Shown piece after piece: positions 45,574 through 54,923 of a DNA stretch of 64,000 nt. Position 1 is the stretch's first letter. Every line of letters begins with the position of its first letter. The notes under the pieces were generated by a model. That model searched no databases. It saw only the letters and a list, made by a program, of their open reading frames with translations, and had not been told where the DNA came from. The stretch lies in sequence record MZ477002.1; one strand, given 5' to 3'. The DNA is from Acinetobacter phage Phab24. The translations under genes and the position numbers were made by a program.

Positions 45574-47952
45574 CTAATGGCAATTGTACCAATTCTTACC
45601 AACAACCCATTCAATACCCAGACTAACTTTTAAACCTACAGTTTCTACTGCACGATTAATCGAATTCTCGATAGCTTCAGAAACAACATTAGGCAATGCT
45701 ACAGCTAACTTTCCATTTTTCAACTCAACCTCACCTCCAAGTTTTCCACCTGACCAATTTTTTTTAAACTCTGAAACATCCTCTTCACTATCAAACACTT
45801 TAAACTTGATTAATTCTTTAGACACAGCTAACTGAGCTTCGTCATGGTACTCAATCATGCTACTCATGTCAAGTGCATCGTCTTCAAATGGGTCGCATCT
45901 ATACCCTTTTGACTCCATTTCCTCGTATAAGAACACGGTCGTGTATTTAGCACATATAACCCCTCCAGATTGAAACAAAGCATTTAATAAAGAGTGCTCC
46001 GACCGAGTTCTAATTAATCGACCATCAATACCAACAACAAATGTACCGCCACGTCTCTTCCAGACATCTTTAACGGCATCACGAAGTTCTCTCAATGCGG
46101 GAACAGCATCCCAGTAAGCATCAACAAGAGTCTTAGCCTCTTCCAAAGAACACCCCAACATAGCCATAGCACGTTTTGCACTTCCTCCGTACATAAGCAT
46201 GTAAGAGATAGCTTTTGCAAAATCACGATCAATCCCAAGCTTCTCAGCGTTAATACTATGTATGTCGTTAGGCTTCTTAGCTAGCAACTGTTTTGCCAAC
46301 TCTTCCCCATTAAACGGGAGAATGTAGTGTCCTTGAATACAAGCTTCCAACGATGAGAAGTCAAAACCTAATTGGTACATACCTTCACCACAGCCAAACA
46401 TCGACCTAGCTTCCTTACCAAACACTGAGGATGCTCTTGGCACATTACACACACCAACATGCTTGTAGCGATTAGTAGACGCTCCAATCTCAATTGCTGC
46501 CGTTGGAATACGACCATCTTCTTCTCGGTATAGCGCTAAATATCCTGTATTCGGAGCCTCTTCATCGAAGTCAATATCCTCAGTGTCTCCACCAGCGATA
46601 CTGCTCTTACGGTGCTTGTACGTTAGATAAAGAACAAATTCTTTAGCAAAAGCAACTTTATCCCCTAGCTTCTGTAAGTTCTTACAAAGCTCTTTTTCAA
46701 CACCGACCCGAACAGACGGTGATGTTGGAACACGTACAGGCTTATCTTTCTTTAATGCTAGAGATAGCTCTTTCCTAATCTGCTCCTTATCACTTCCTTT
46801 ACCAAGCTCGCGTAAACGAAGCTTCTTGTACCGACCTTCATCAAATGTCTGATCCAACCATCTGTTTAATGCCTCTATACGCTTCACATAAGAGATAGAT
46901 TGTTTCTTACTATCCTTTGTCAAGTCTCTTAACTTCCATTCCGTAGGAACCCATCCAAGAGAAATTAGGTGCTCTTTCACCAAATCCAAATCATCGATAG
47001 ACGCTGGTTCTTGAAACTTCAAAGGCTGTGTCAATGGTAAATTTAAAACTTCACCTTCGTACTTACACTTGCTATCGCCAAGATATTCAATGTTATGTTT
47101 ATCCATAAAATTAATCATGTGGGCACTAAGAGAACCGTCTGACTTCTTAAATTGCGAAGCAGGAGGAGTAAACTTCTTAAGGTTCGTTTTATTTAGTTTC
47201 TTAGGTGGCAATAAAGGATTAACAATTTGTGCTAATCGGTCCATTTCTTTAACTAAGAAATCTAAATTCTTAAGAGCTAACTCCTTATCAAACCAAAAAC
47301 CATAACTCTCACGTCTAATCGAAATATCAGCTAATTTGTTTTCCATCTTCTCAGGTCGAATCCAACCTGCATAAGCATCGTACTCTTTCTTTAAGTCCTT
47401 ATAAATCTCTACAGTTACTTTGGTATCCTGAACACAGTAATCAAGCATAATTTGAGAATACACTGAGAATTCAGCACCTTTAGGTGCATTTCTTTCAATT
47501 AAACCAGCATCAATACTTTGTTGTCTGAAGTCATCCTTATACTCTCCTTTACGCTCACCCCAAGCTTTTAAGCTGTGACCTCCTCTGCGATCTGGGTTTA
47601 ATAAACGAGATAAAATAAGAGTATCTGTAATCTTAACTTCTCTCCCAAACAATTTGTCTGGTTTGTCTAAGTAGCCAATTTCATAATCAAGAACACCAAA
47701 TAATTTTAAAGCAATAAAGTCAAACTTAATTCCGTTGTGAGCAATAATCTCTGTCGCATCTTTTAACTTTTCTTCAAACCATTCTTTTGTTAATTCCTCT
47801 AGACAACCTACATCCACTTCGTCTGTGTCAACATCACGGATAACCACGCACCATAGTTTAGCTGAGTCTTTTAATTTGTAAGGTAAAGTCCTAAAATCTA
47901 GCATTCCTGATAATAAGTTGTTCGTCTCAATATCTAAAACTTTTCTTGCCAT
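45574..47952 (-). CDS. family A DNA polymerase with 3'-5' exonuclease domain
   Basis: VLDIETNN is Exo I. FDFSSLEA is motif A. RDFAKAISYMLMYGGSAKR is motif B. 792 aa continuous ORF. Confidence 0.9.
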   Translation of the reverse strand: MARKVLDIETNNLLSGMLDFRTLPYKLKDSAKLWCVVIRDVDTDEVDVGCLEELTKEWFEEKLKDATEIIAHNGIKFDFIALKLFGVLDYEIGYLDKPDKLFGREVKITDTLILSRLLNPDRRGGHSLKAWGERKGEYKDDFRQQSIDAGLIERNAPKGAEFSVYSQIMLDYCVQDTKVTVEIYKDLKKEYDAYAGWIRPEKMENKLADISIRRESYGFWFDKELALKNLDFLVKEMDRLAQIVNPLLPPKKLNKTNLKKFTPPASQFKKSDGSLSAHMINFMDKHNIEYLGDSKCKYEGEVLNLPLTQPLKFQEPASIDDLDLVKEHLISLGWVPTEWKLRDLTKDSKKQSISYVKRIEALNRWLDQTFDEGRYKKLRLRELGKGSDKEQIRKELSLALKKDKPVRVPTSPSVRVGVEKELCKNLQKLGDKVAFAKEFVLYLTYKHRKSSIAGGDTEDIDFDEEAPNTGYLALYREEDGRIPTAAIEIGASTNRYKHVGVCNVPRASSVFGKEARSMFGCGEGMYQLGFDFSSLEACIQGHYILPFNGEELAKQLLAKKPNDIHSINAEKLGIDRDFAKAISYMLMYGGSAKRAMAMLGCSLEEAKTLVDAYWDAVPALRELRDAVKDVWKRRGGTFVVGIDGRLIRTRSEHSLLNALFQSGGVICAKYTTVFLYEEMESKGYRCDPFEDDALDMSSMIEYHDEAQLAVSKELIKFKVFDSEEDVSEFKKNWSGGKLGGEVELKNGKLAVALPNVVSEAIENSINRAVETVGLKVSLGIEWVVGKNWYNCH

Positions 47953-48011
47953 AACACCTCCAGTAAATTATGTATTATACAAATTAAAAGAGGTCTGTCA
48001 AGACCTCAGTA

Positions 48012-49742
48012 TTAGAAAGCTGATTTTTCGTCAATTTCTTGGTCTGGATCAACAGTGTTTCCTGCAAACTGATCATCCTCGTAATGAATAATAGACCAAT
48101 CATTTTCATTCAAAATGAATGTGTCTGCAACACCAAGATCACCCCCCTCTCGATTTTTCAGAACAACCCAACGAACACGTCCTCGTTTTCGGTTAGGTAA
48201 AATCTCCTGCTCAATAGCAAGAACGTTCCAAGCAATCTGCTCTAAAGCACCAGAACCCCGCATACTTTCTTTTGTTACTGTAATCCAGTACGGTTCATTC
48301 TCTTTTCCTTTTGGTGGAGGAGGAATAGCAGAGCCTTGTCGGTTCAAATGAACAACCAACATAATTGCAACATCGTTAGCAGCACAGAATGCAGCAAGCT
48401 CAGTCATAACCATATCAATTTCTTTACGCTCATCCGCAACATCACTTCCAGAGATAACCATTGATAAATGATCAAGAAGAATGTAACGGCAACCTTCAAC
48501 AAAATACAAGTGACGAACCTTAGCCATTAATTCTGAAATAGGTAATGAGCCAAAGTGATCAACAAAAACTAATTGCTTGTTTTGTTTTAACTTCTCATAC
48601 GCTTCATGAGCTTTTTCACGAGATGTAACAGATAAAGGATTACGCTTAAACTTCTTATAAGATACTTTTAACTCAGAAGCAACAAATCTCTGCAATGTCT
48701 GCTTAATCTTCTCTTCCAGATAGATAGCTCCTAACCGTTCACCTTGATCAATAGCATCTTCAGCAATCTTAGTCATACAAGTTGTTTTACCTCCTCCTGA
48801 ACGAGAAGTAACAATTGTTAACTCTCCTGTTCTCCACGTATAAAGCATCTCATTTAGCTTAGGGAAACTTGTAATCGTAATACCTTGTGCAATTGGAGTC
48901 ACCACATCTTCGAAATCAATATCTTCAATGTGAGCAATCTTCTCTGTAACCATTGGCTTACGATCAAATTGAACCAACTTAGCTAAAGCTTTCTGAGCTT
49001 CTGCGTAGTTCTTAAACACACCATTCTTATTTTGCAAGTAATCAGAAGCATCTTTTAAACCGTGCGTAGGCTGAACACACCACAACTCTACAGAACCAAT
49101 AAAAGCAGCAGCTACGGCTTCACGAGCCTCTTTACCTCTCATCACCCCCTTCTTAAGCTCAGCAGGTGTTGCCTCATCATTATCAAAGAATACGGTCATT
49201 GAATCAAAGCTCTCAACAAAATCCTTATTGTGGAGTAAGCTCTCTACAGCATTCTTAGTCCCTAAAGGAATAGAAACAACAAAAGGCTCTTGCCCTTCGA
49301 ATTTAGTTCCTTTAACACTCTCGCATTGAGCCTGATAGATTGATAAGCAGTCCCACTGACCTTCCGTAACTGTAAAGTTTGTATGCTTTCGACCAATAGT
49401 TTCCGCGACATTCTGACCAAACAATTTATTGCCGATTGCAACATTACCAATCGCAGACCAATGACCTTTCTCGTCTTTTGACTTCGTAACGTCTTGTTTT
49501 GTATAACCAACAACCTCACCGTAATTGTTATAAGAAGGGAAATAATAAGCCTCTACAGTCTTACCATCTTTCTCGCTTAGTGCAGCTCTTACTCCGAATC
49601 TCTCACAAGTTGCCTTTGTAATATTTCTTTCTTTATTCTCAGCAAATCCGTAACCTTGAATCTCCCTTACCGTTTCCTTCACATACACTTCATTCATTTC
49701 ACTTCCACTCTTCTTCACCTTATAATCGTAAGCCATAATCAC
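48012..49742 (-). CDS. bifunctional primase-helicase (T7 gp4-like; TOPRIM plus DnaB-family helicase)
   Basis: TOPRIM acidic clusters (FFDNDEA, DASDYL). Walker A is SRSGGGKTT. Walker B is ILLDHLSMV. GTG at 49742 or ATG at 49736. Confidence 0.85.
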   Translation of the reverse strand: MIMAYDYKVKKSGSEMNEVYVKETVREIQGYGFAENKERNITKATCERFGVRAALSEKDGKTVEAYYFPSYNNYGEVVGYTKQDVTKSKDEKGHWSAIGNVAIGNKLFGQNVAETIGRKHTNFTVTEGQWDCLSIYQAQCESVKGTKFEGQEPFVVSIPLGTKNAVESLLHNKDFVESFDSMTVFFDNDEATPAELKKGVMRGKEAREAVAAAFIGSVELWCVQPTHGLKDASDYLQNKNGVFKNYAEAQKALAKLVQFDRKPMVTEKIAHIEDIDFEDVVTPIAQGITITSFPKLNEMLYTWRTGELTIVTSRSGGGKTTCMTKIAEDAIDQGERLGAIYLEEKIKQTLQRFVASELKVSYKKFKRNPLSVTSREKAHEAYEKLKQNKQLVFVDHFGSLPISELMAKVRHLYFVEGCRYILLDHLSMVISGSDVADERKEIDMVMTELAAFCAANDVAIMLVVHLNRQGSAIPPPPKGKENEPYWITVTKESMRGSGALEQIAWNVLAIEQEILPNRKRGRVRWVVLKNREGGDLGVADTFILNENDWSIIHYEDDQFAGNTVDPDQEIDEKSAF

Positions 49743-49909
49743 CAGTTCATAACTTTATCAACAGCAGCATCAACTTCGACACCAGCTTTAAAACATTTCT
49801 TAAATTTAGCAACTAATTCTTTATATTCATCTTCTTCCAATGTATCCATATAAAAACCATTGTCAGTTAGGATGTCATCAATATCACTTAAATACTCTGT
49901 AAAATTCAT
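49739..49909 (-). CDS. hypothetical acidic small protein (56 aa)
   Basis: Not in the ORF track. GTGA overlap with the primase-helicase start. Confidence 0.4.
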   Translation of the reverse strand: MNFTEYLSDIDDILTDNGFYMDTLEEDEYKELVAKFKKCFKAGVEVDAAVDKVMNW

Positions 49910-49931
49910 AAACTATAAACCTCAATATAAC

Positions 49932-50285
49932 TCACTTATCAAAAACCCACAACTCACCTAATTCATCACCAGCTAGTAGCTCAATATCAGAAACATCATC
50001 ATTCTTTAGCACTACCAACGGTTTACCGATATAACCTTCAGGAAACGGGGTAAACACAGTTTGAATAACCCCACGTTTAGCTAAAGACTTACGCAAGAAG
50101 AACTGACCGTATGCTTTACGACCTAAACCTTTTATATACGGAATAAATACTTCTTCATTCACTTCAACTTCAACAACGCTTCCAGATTTAATCGTTGATC
50201 TATTCTTAACTGTTAACTTTATAATACTATACACTATATTTCCTCTAATATCAAATTTTGATAATGTTTTCAGACCACCAATCAA
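49932..50285 (-). CDS. hypothetical protein (117 aa)
   Basis: ORF track. Confidence 0.5.
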   Translation of the reverse strand: MIGGLKTLSKFDIRGNIVYSIIKLTVKNRSTIKSGSVVEVEVNEEVFIPYIKGLGRKAYGQFFLRKSLAKRGVIQTVFTPFPEGYIGKPLVVLKNDDVSDIELLAGDELGELWVFDK

Positions 50286-50317
50286 TCAACCCTTAAATGA
50301 TCTAACCTTAATCCCAG

Positions 50318-51100
50318 CTAACCATGACTAAATTGGTTAACTTTATACAAACTATCTTTCATCTTAATTTTCTGACAATTCACTGATGTTAAAAAATCTT
50401 CTTGTGTTATGTACTCAAAAAACTCAGAAACACCTTTGATTTTAATGTTTGGAAATTTTAAGCTTCTTCTAAAAGACCCTAATACATTCTTTTCAACAAA
50501 TTGCAATTCTTTTTCATTCGAAAATTCAACACTGCAAATAGACTTTGTATATTCAATTTGTTCGTGTGAATATTTAATAATATTTAATCTTTTCGTTAAG
50601 GTGTTAGTTAATCCGATCTTATAGAAAGCTTTACCGCCTATTTTTATCTCAGCAAGATACACACAACCACCACTCTTATATAGATCAGACCTTAACGGTT
50701 TATTTAATTTTGCACAATATTTGCAGCCTTTCCCAGATTTATGATTATCAGGAGTTATTTTAAAATCTCCATGTAAATAACATGTCACAACGGAGTGGAT
50801 TTTTGATTTATTATATCTAAATTTAGAGTAATCGTACTGAAAGAAATGAACACTGTTAAAAGAATCAATTACATCCTCCTTTGTGCACAATTTTTTACTT
50901 TTAGTAATCATTATCCCGCATAATCTACAACCATGTTTCAAGTGGTTGTATGGTATTTGTTTAAACTCACCATGAATCTTACAAATAATAGAGCTTTTCT
51001 TATCCCAACCATTGTACACAAACCTAGAATAATCATAAGTATCACCCCACTTGTTTTTAAAATCTTTTACGTAATCTTCTGTTTTATCAGATTTACTCAT
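50318..51100 (-). CDS. T5orf172 (GIY-YIG-like) domain protein with two N-terminal zinc-ribbon repeats
   Basis: Repeats CKIHGEFKQIPYNHLKHGCRLC and CYLHGDFKITPDNHKSGKGCKYC. C-terminal GGCVYLAEIKIGGKAFYKIGLTNTLTKRLNII is the T5orf172 signature. Confidence 0.5.
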   Translation of the reverse strand: MSKSDKTEDYVKDFKNKWGDTYDYSRFVYNGWDKKSSIICKIHGEFKQIPYNHLKHGCRLCGIMITKSKKLCTKEDVIDSFNSVHFFQYDYSKFRYNKSKIHSVVTCYLHGDFKITPDNHKSGKGCKYCAKLNKPLRSDLYKSGGCVYLAEIKIGGKAFYKIGLTNTLTKRLNIIKYSHEQIEYTKSICSVEFSNEKELQFVEKNVLGSFRRSLKFPNIKIKGVSEFFEYITQEDFLTSVNCQKIKMKDSLYKVNQFSHG

Positions 51101-51347
51101 ACAAACCTCTTTTGTATATTAACTTAACATTGCAGATTAAAAAAGAATACGCATCAATTTCTTTATAAAATTTATATATCTTTGAGTTTTTATCTGATAA
51201 AACACTCAATTTTATATATTGCCACTCATCTTTTGGTAGAACAATTTCAACATTTGACCCCAAGTTACTAGAAACAAATGCTCCGTTTATACTCATACAC
51301 GCTTTCAATATTTTAGAATTGTAATTCTCAATATCTTGTCCTGTCAT
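51093..51347 (-). CDS. hypothetical protein (84 aa)
   Basis: ORF track. Confidence 0.45.
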   Translation of the reverse strand: MTGQDIENYNSKILKACMSINGAFVSSNLGSNVEIVLPKDEWQYIKLSVLSDKNSKIYKFYKEIDAYSFLICNVKLIYKRGLYE

Positions 51348-51670
51348 TTAAACCTCCATTTCATTTCTTTAACCTCAACAATTTCAATTGGTTTTAAATC
51401 ATCAACAATATCCTCAAACGAAAAATCATCTCCGCAATCAGAATCAAAAGCCCAAGACTCAACTTCAGCACCAAAGTATATAGTATCATCTCCATCATAA
51501 ACCTGAAACACAACAAGGTTTATTGGTGCATGACGACCAATCTCTATTAACTCAATGTGATGAAAATTAAAACTGTTACAATCGTCTTCTATTTGATTCA
51601 AATATTCTTCACGTATATCCACAATACCTCCAACAAATCTCATAACTTTCATACAAGATAACATTATCAT
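51344..51670 (-). CDS. hypothetical acidic protein (108 aa; start possibly internal)
   Basis: ORF track. No SD at 51670. Confidence 0.45.
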   Translation of the reverse strand: MIMLSCMKVMRFVGGIVDIREEYLNQIEDDCNSFNFHHIELIEIGRHAPINLVVFQVYDGDDTIYFGAEVESWAFDSDCGDDFSFEDIVDDLKPIEIVEVKEMKWRFK

Positions 51671-51746
51671 TTGAGTGTTTGTTCGTCAATAGTTTATACA
51701 ATTTAACAACAAAGACAATTAAATTGTTGTTGTTTTGTTAAATATA

Positions 51747-51775
51747 TTGACACACCCTCTTGACAATGTTATAGT
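51747..51775 (+). promoter_or_regulatory. sigma70 promoter TTGACA-17-(TGt)TATAGT on the + strand
   Basis: Near-perfect consensus. It is oriented antisense to the surrounding minus-strand genes. Confidence 0.45.
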
Positions 51776-51907
51776 GAATTTTTCTTTGGTCACTTTCTTT
51801 TAAACGATAATGTGTGAACTATGTGAACAACATTAATGTCAATCATGTTAATGATTGTTACGAATAAACGATAGTTTATTTGGTTTATCTAATATAACAC
51901 TAAATAA

Positions 51908-52252
51908 TTAATAATATAATAACCAATAAGCGTTAATATCAATATCTCCTTTACTTAACTTAACTAACTCGTTATATGATGTTGTTGATAAATATATTTC
52001 ATTACCTGTCATTATCATGTTAACCAAATCTTTTAAGTAGTCTTTAACTTCCTCTTGTTTTTGTAATAAGAAATTCTTAACATAAATCTCTTTAACAACC
52101 TTATCAAACCTGAATGTTCTCCAAGAGAACTTATAACTAATTACTTCTTCTTTCTTCATATCCTCTAATTTTAGATTAGACACAATCTCTAAGCATTCAT
52201 TCACCATTTTTAATGTGTCTTGTTTGTTTTTCAATAACACATGTCCTTTCAT
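51908..52252 (-). CDS. hypothetical protein (114 aa)
   Basis: ORF track. Confidence 0.5.
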   Translation of the reverse strand: MKGHVLLKNKQDTLKMVNECLEIVSNLKLEDMKKEEVISYKFSWRTFRFDKVVKEIYVKNFLLQKQEEVKDYLKDLVNMIMTGNEIYLSTTSYNELVKLSKGDIDINAYWLLYY

Positions 52253-52470
52253 TTGTTCATCTCCTTCTCTTTGCCTTTACCTCTCAAATACATTTTATGT
52301 ACATTCATTGCTTCTACAATGTCACTATGGTTAGTAGAAGCTTTGATTGTATGACCTTTCTTAACCTCACAATTCTCTACTGTGTATTCATACAAGAAAT
52401 ACCAATCCTCATCCCATATGGTATCTTTTTCAATGATGTATAATTCATCTTGATAATAGTAATTTGTCAT
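52249..52470 (-). CDS. hypothetical protein (73 aa)
   Basis: AGGAGATATT RBS. Confidence 0.5.
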   Translation of the reverse strand: MTNYYYQDELYIIEKDTIWDEDWYFLYEYTVENCEVKKGHTIKASTNHSDIVEAMNVHKMYLRGKGKEKEMNK

Positions 52471-52478
52471 AATATCTC

Positions 52479-52655
52479 CTATTTGTTCGGTCTAGATGGT
52501 CTCATCCAGTGTGTTACATTACAATAAGTGTCAACACCTTCAGTATCGTAGAAATGTCCATCTTTATACCAAGAAACAAACCAAGTTCGGGTGTAGACTA
52601 AAACCTCTTCATTTTCATCAGGTAAATAATCATCTACACTAATCCAGCTAATCAT
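52479..52655 (-). CDS. DUF551-like small protein (58 aa)
   Basis: Not in the ORF track. MISWISVDDYLPDENEEVLVYT...THWMRPSRP resembles DUF551. Confidence 0.45.
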   Translation of the reverse strand: MISWISVDDYLPDENEEVLVYTRTWFVSWYKDGHFYDTEGVDTYCNVTHWMRPSRPNK

Positions 52656-52848
52656 CAATCTCTCCTAAAGCTTTTTCTAAAGATTCTATCACACATGTTA
52701 AATCCTGTATATAATTACATTCAGGTGGACATTCCTCACCAAATGCGTTCCAGTCTAGGAATTTCTTGTATATATCAGCATACATTTCTTGTGCTGCATC
52801 TAAAGCAAACTCAATTCTGTTTTTAAGCATGTCTTTATTCATCACCAA
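52648..52848 (-). CDS. hypothetical protein (66 aa)
   Basis: ORF track. Confidence 0.45.
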   Translation of the reverse strand: MVMNKDMLKNRIEFALDAAQEMYADIYKKFLDWNAFGEECPPECNYIQDLTCVIESLEKALGEIDD

Positions 52849-53110
52849 AATCCTTTATAAATAAAATATTAAAAACTGGAAGATTTGTTGATAGTACCTT
52901 TTTAAAACCAAAAACATCAACATCTTCAGAATATATTTTTGATGGTATTCCCGAAGATATAGGAAATAATCCCGCCCATCCCCAATGATAATTATCATAA
53001 ATATCATTGAATCTTGGTGTTAAATCTTTTAGTCCAAAAAACCTAAGTGTGGCATTCGTATGATGTCTTAAACAATAATTTAATTCTTTCTGGTTTACTG
53101 AGTCGATCAT
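52835..53110 (-). CDS. hypothetical protein (91 aa)
   Basis: ORF track. Confidence 0.45.
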   Translation of the reverse strand: MIDSVNQKELNYCLRHHTNATLRFFGLKDLTPRFNDIYDNYHWGWAGLFPISSGIPSKIYSEDVDVFGFKKVLSTNLPVFNILFIKDFGDE

Positions 53111-53134
53111 AAAACGTTCTCCGTATTAACTAAC

Positions 53135-53473
53135 TTATTTGTCATACATTGTATATTTTTCCATTAGATTAAGCAAGTCCTGCTCAAAACAATAATGGTC
53201 ATGTAGCACAACCTTATCTTTATCTAAAGATTTTAAATACTCACCAGAATACTCAATTGACTTAACGTCAATATTATTCGATATTGACTTGTTAAAGTAT
53301 TTAGAAACCTGTGCTGATATTTCTACTTTACTGGCTTCTGTCTTAGCAATAATAACAACAGACCTACCTTCCAAGAATACTTGACGAGCAGCTTCAAATA
53401 TCATACGTCTTGTACGACCAGTGCTACGCTTCTTAACCATTGATTCTTTAAATTCTTGTAAATAAGTTTTCAT
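53135..53473 (-). CDS. hypothetical basic protein (112 aa)
   Basis: The internal ATG at 53473 has a TTAGGAGAAAAACA RBS. The track ORF extends to 53629. Confidence 0.45.
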   Translation of the reverse strand: MKTYLQEFKESMVKKRSTGRTRRMIFEAARQVFLEGRSVVIIAKTEASKVEISAQVSKYFNKSISNNIDVKSIEYSGEYLKSLDKDKVVLHDHYCFEQDLLNLMEKYTMYDK

Positions 53474-53483
53474 TGTTTTTCTC

Positions 53484-53780
53484 CTAATAATATAACAACT
53501 CTTCTTCACCACTGATAGATTGAATGTACTCCAAAACATCGAGTAAGTTAATACTACTATAATCGTATTCAGCATCAGCGTCAATTCTTTTCCTAACTGG
53601 TGTGTAATATGCTTCAAAGAACAACTCACCTTTAATCCTTGTTAAAGCAATTGACCAATTATTAGTCTTACAAAACACATAAGGCTTACCATATGGAATA
53701 TCATCATTATAATAATCCCAAATAAACCTATGGTCGTTTAACCATTGACTCTCTTTATTAACATCAAATATGTAAGTCAA
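53484..53780 (-). CDS. hypothetical protein (98 aa)
   Basis: ORF track. Confidence 0.5.
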   Translation of the reverse strand: MTYIFDVNKESQWLNDHRFIWDYYNDDIPYGKPYVFCKTNNWSIALTRIKGELFFEAYYTPVRKRIDADAEYDYSSINLLDVLEYIQSISGEEELLYY

Positions 53781-53807
53781 TTTAGTCTCCTGTACGAAAA
53801 GACAACA

Positions 53808-54599
53808 TCAGTAATCTTCATTAAACTCATATTGCATTTGCCCCATTTGATATATCTTCTTTCTATCTTCTGAAGCACCTTGTTTAAAGACACTACCAAC
53901 TAATGTACTTAATGTCAACTCTTTATCTTTATGTTCAACTGGTAAATCATTAGTAGAATGATTATTCAAAGCATGTAACATTGCTGCATCACATTCATCG
54001 TATTCAGATTGTGTTAATTCATAATCCTCTAAATCTTCTTGGTGTTGTTCAACCTTTGATTCTTCAACAACATCTTTCTTTCTTTTCAGTAAATGTTTCA
54101 ATGATTCTGGTACACCACTTTTAACCACATTATCTCTTGGTTTTCCTTGTTCCTCAAAAGACTTCTTCATAGATTCTGAGACACCAGACGAAACATTCGA
54201 TTTAAGCGTATTTTTCGCATGATATGGCTTAGTTTTAGATGTATGTGGTACTACCATACATGAATCATCTTTCTTCTTACTACGGTGATCTGACAGTGTT
54301 TTATTGTCATCTTCAACATCTATTAAAATCCTCAACACCCTAACCTGTTTTGTTTGTCCCTTTCTCATCTTTGTGTCTTCCAACAAACCATCATCAATCA
54401 TAGACGTTATAGCGGTCATGATTGTTCTTCTGTCTAATAAAGTATCTTCTGCTATCTTAGCAACAGAAGGAAAACACAAACCATCATCTCCTGCTCTGTC
54501 TGCAAGATTTAACATGATTAATTTCTTTATTGCTCTGTTCTTTCCATTAAAAGAAAAGCTCCAAACAGATTTAGTGTACTTAAAACTCACAATAAACAA
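53808..54599 (-). CDS. winged-helix DNA-binding protein (replisome-organiser N-terminal-like)
   Basis: IMLNLADRAGDDGLCFPSVAKIAEDTLLDRRTIMTAITSMIDDGLL matches the HTH of phage replication-initiation/organiser N-domains. The C-terminus is acidic. Confidence 0.45.
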   Translation of the reverse strand: MFIVSFKYTKSVWSFSFNGKNRAIKKLIMLNLADRAGDDGLCFPSVAKIAEDTLLDRRTIMTAITSMIDDGLLEDTKMRKGQTKQVRVLRILIDVEDDNKTLSDHRSKKKDDSCMVVPHTSKTKPYHAKNTLKSNVSSGVSESMKKSFEEQGKPRDNVVKSGVPESLKHLLKRKKDVVEESKVEQHQEDLEDYELTQSEYDECDAAMLHALNNHSTNDLPVEHKDKELTLSTLVGSVFKQGASEDRKKIYQMGQMQYEFNEDY

Positions 54600-54868
54600 C
54601 CTCTAACGTATAAGAGATTAAACTAGCTTCCTTCACTAATTTAATCGTCTATCAATCTAACTGAAGCAATCATACATAAACAGTATCAATCTTGTCAAAT
54701 TTATCCCTTCTAAATAGTTACATCTTTGTCAATAATAGTGACATTTTTGCATATAAACAGTATCAAGTTTGCTAGATAACGGTATCAAAGACGATACACG
54801 GAATCTTTTAATAACCATTAAATAATCATTAAAGAATCAAAACATTTTAATTTTATAAACAACAGACG

Positions 54869-54899
54869 TAAAAAATCCCCACCTTCGGGTGGGGATTTA
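54869..54899. terminator. rho-independent terminator (bidirectional)
   Basis: A6-TCCCCACC-TTCG-GGTGGGGA-TTT. It lies 3' of the minus-strand structural operon. Confidence 0.8.
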
Positions 54900-54923
54900 T
54901 GGATAGTATAAAATACACATTTA

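Noticed and set aside
45574-47952. Intron or intein interruption of the DNA polymerase (or RNR) genes, given the many homing endonucleases
   Set aside because: The polymerase (792 aa), RNR alpha (581 aa) and RNR beta (343 aa) are continuous ORFs with their motifs in normal order. All HEG-like ORFs are free-standing.
51100-51350. Identification of host genus from sequence
   Set aside because: Low GC, AGGAGG SD and TGn extended -10 promoters are consistent with a low-GC Gram-positive host but are not diagnostic. No host-derived genes or att sites are visible, so no host is claimed.
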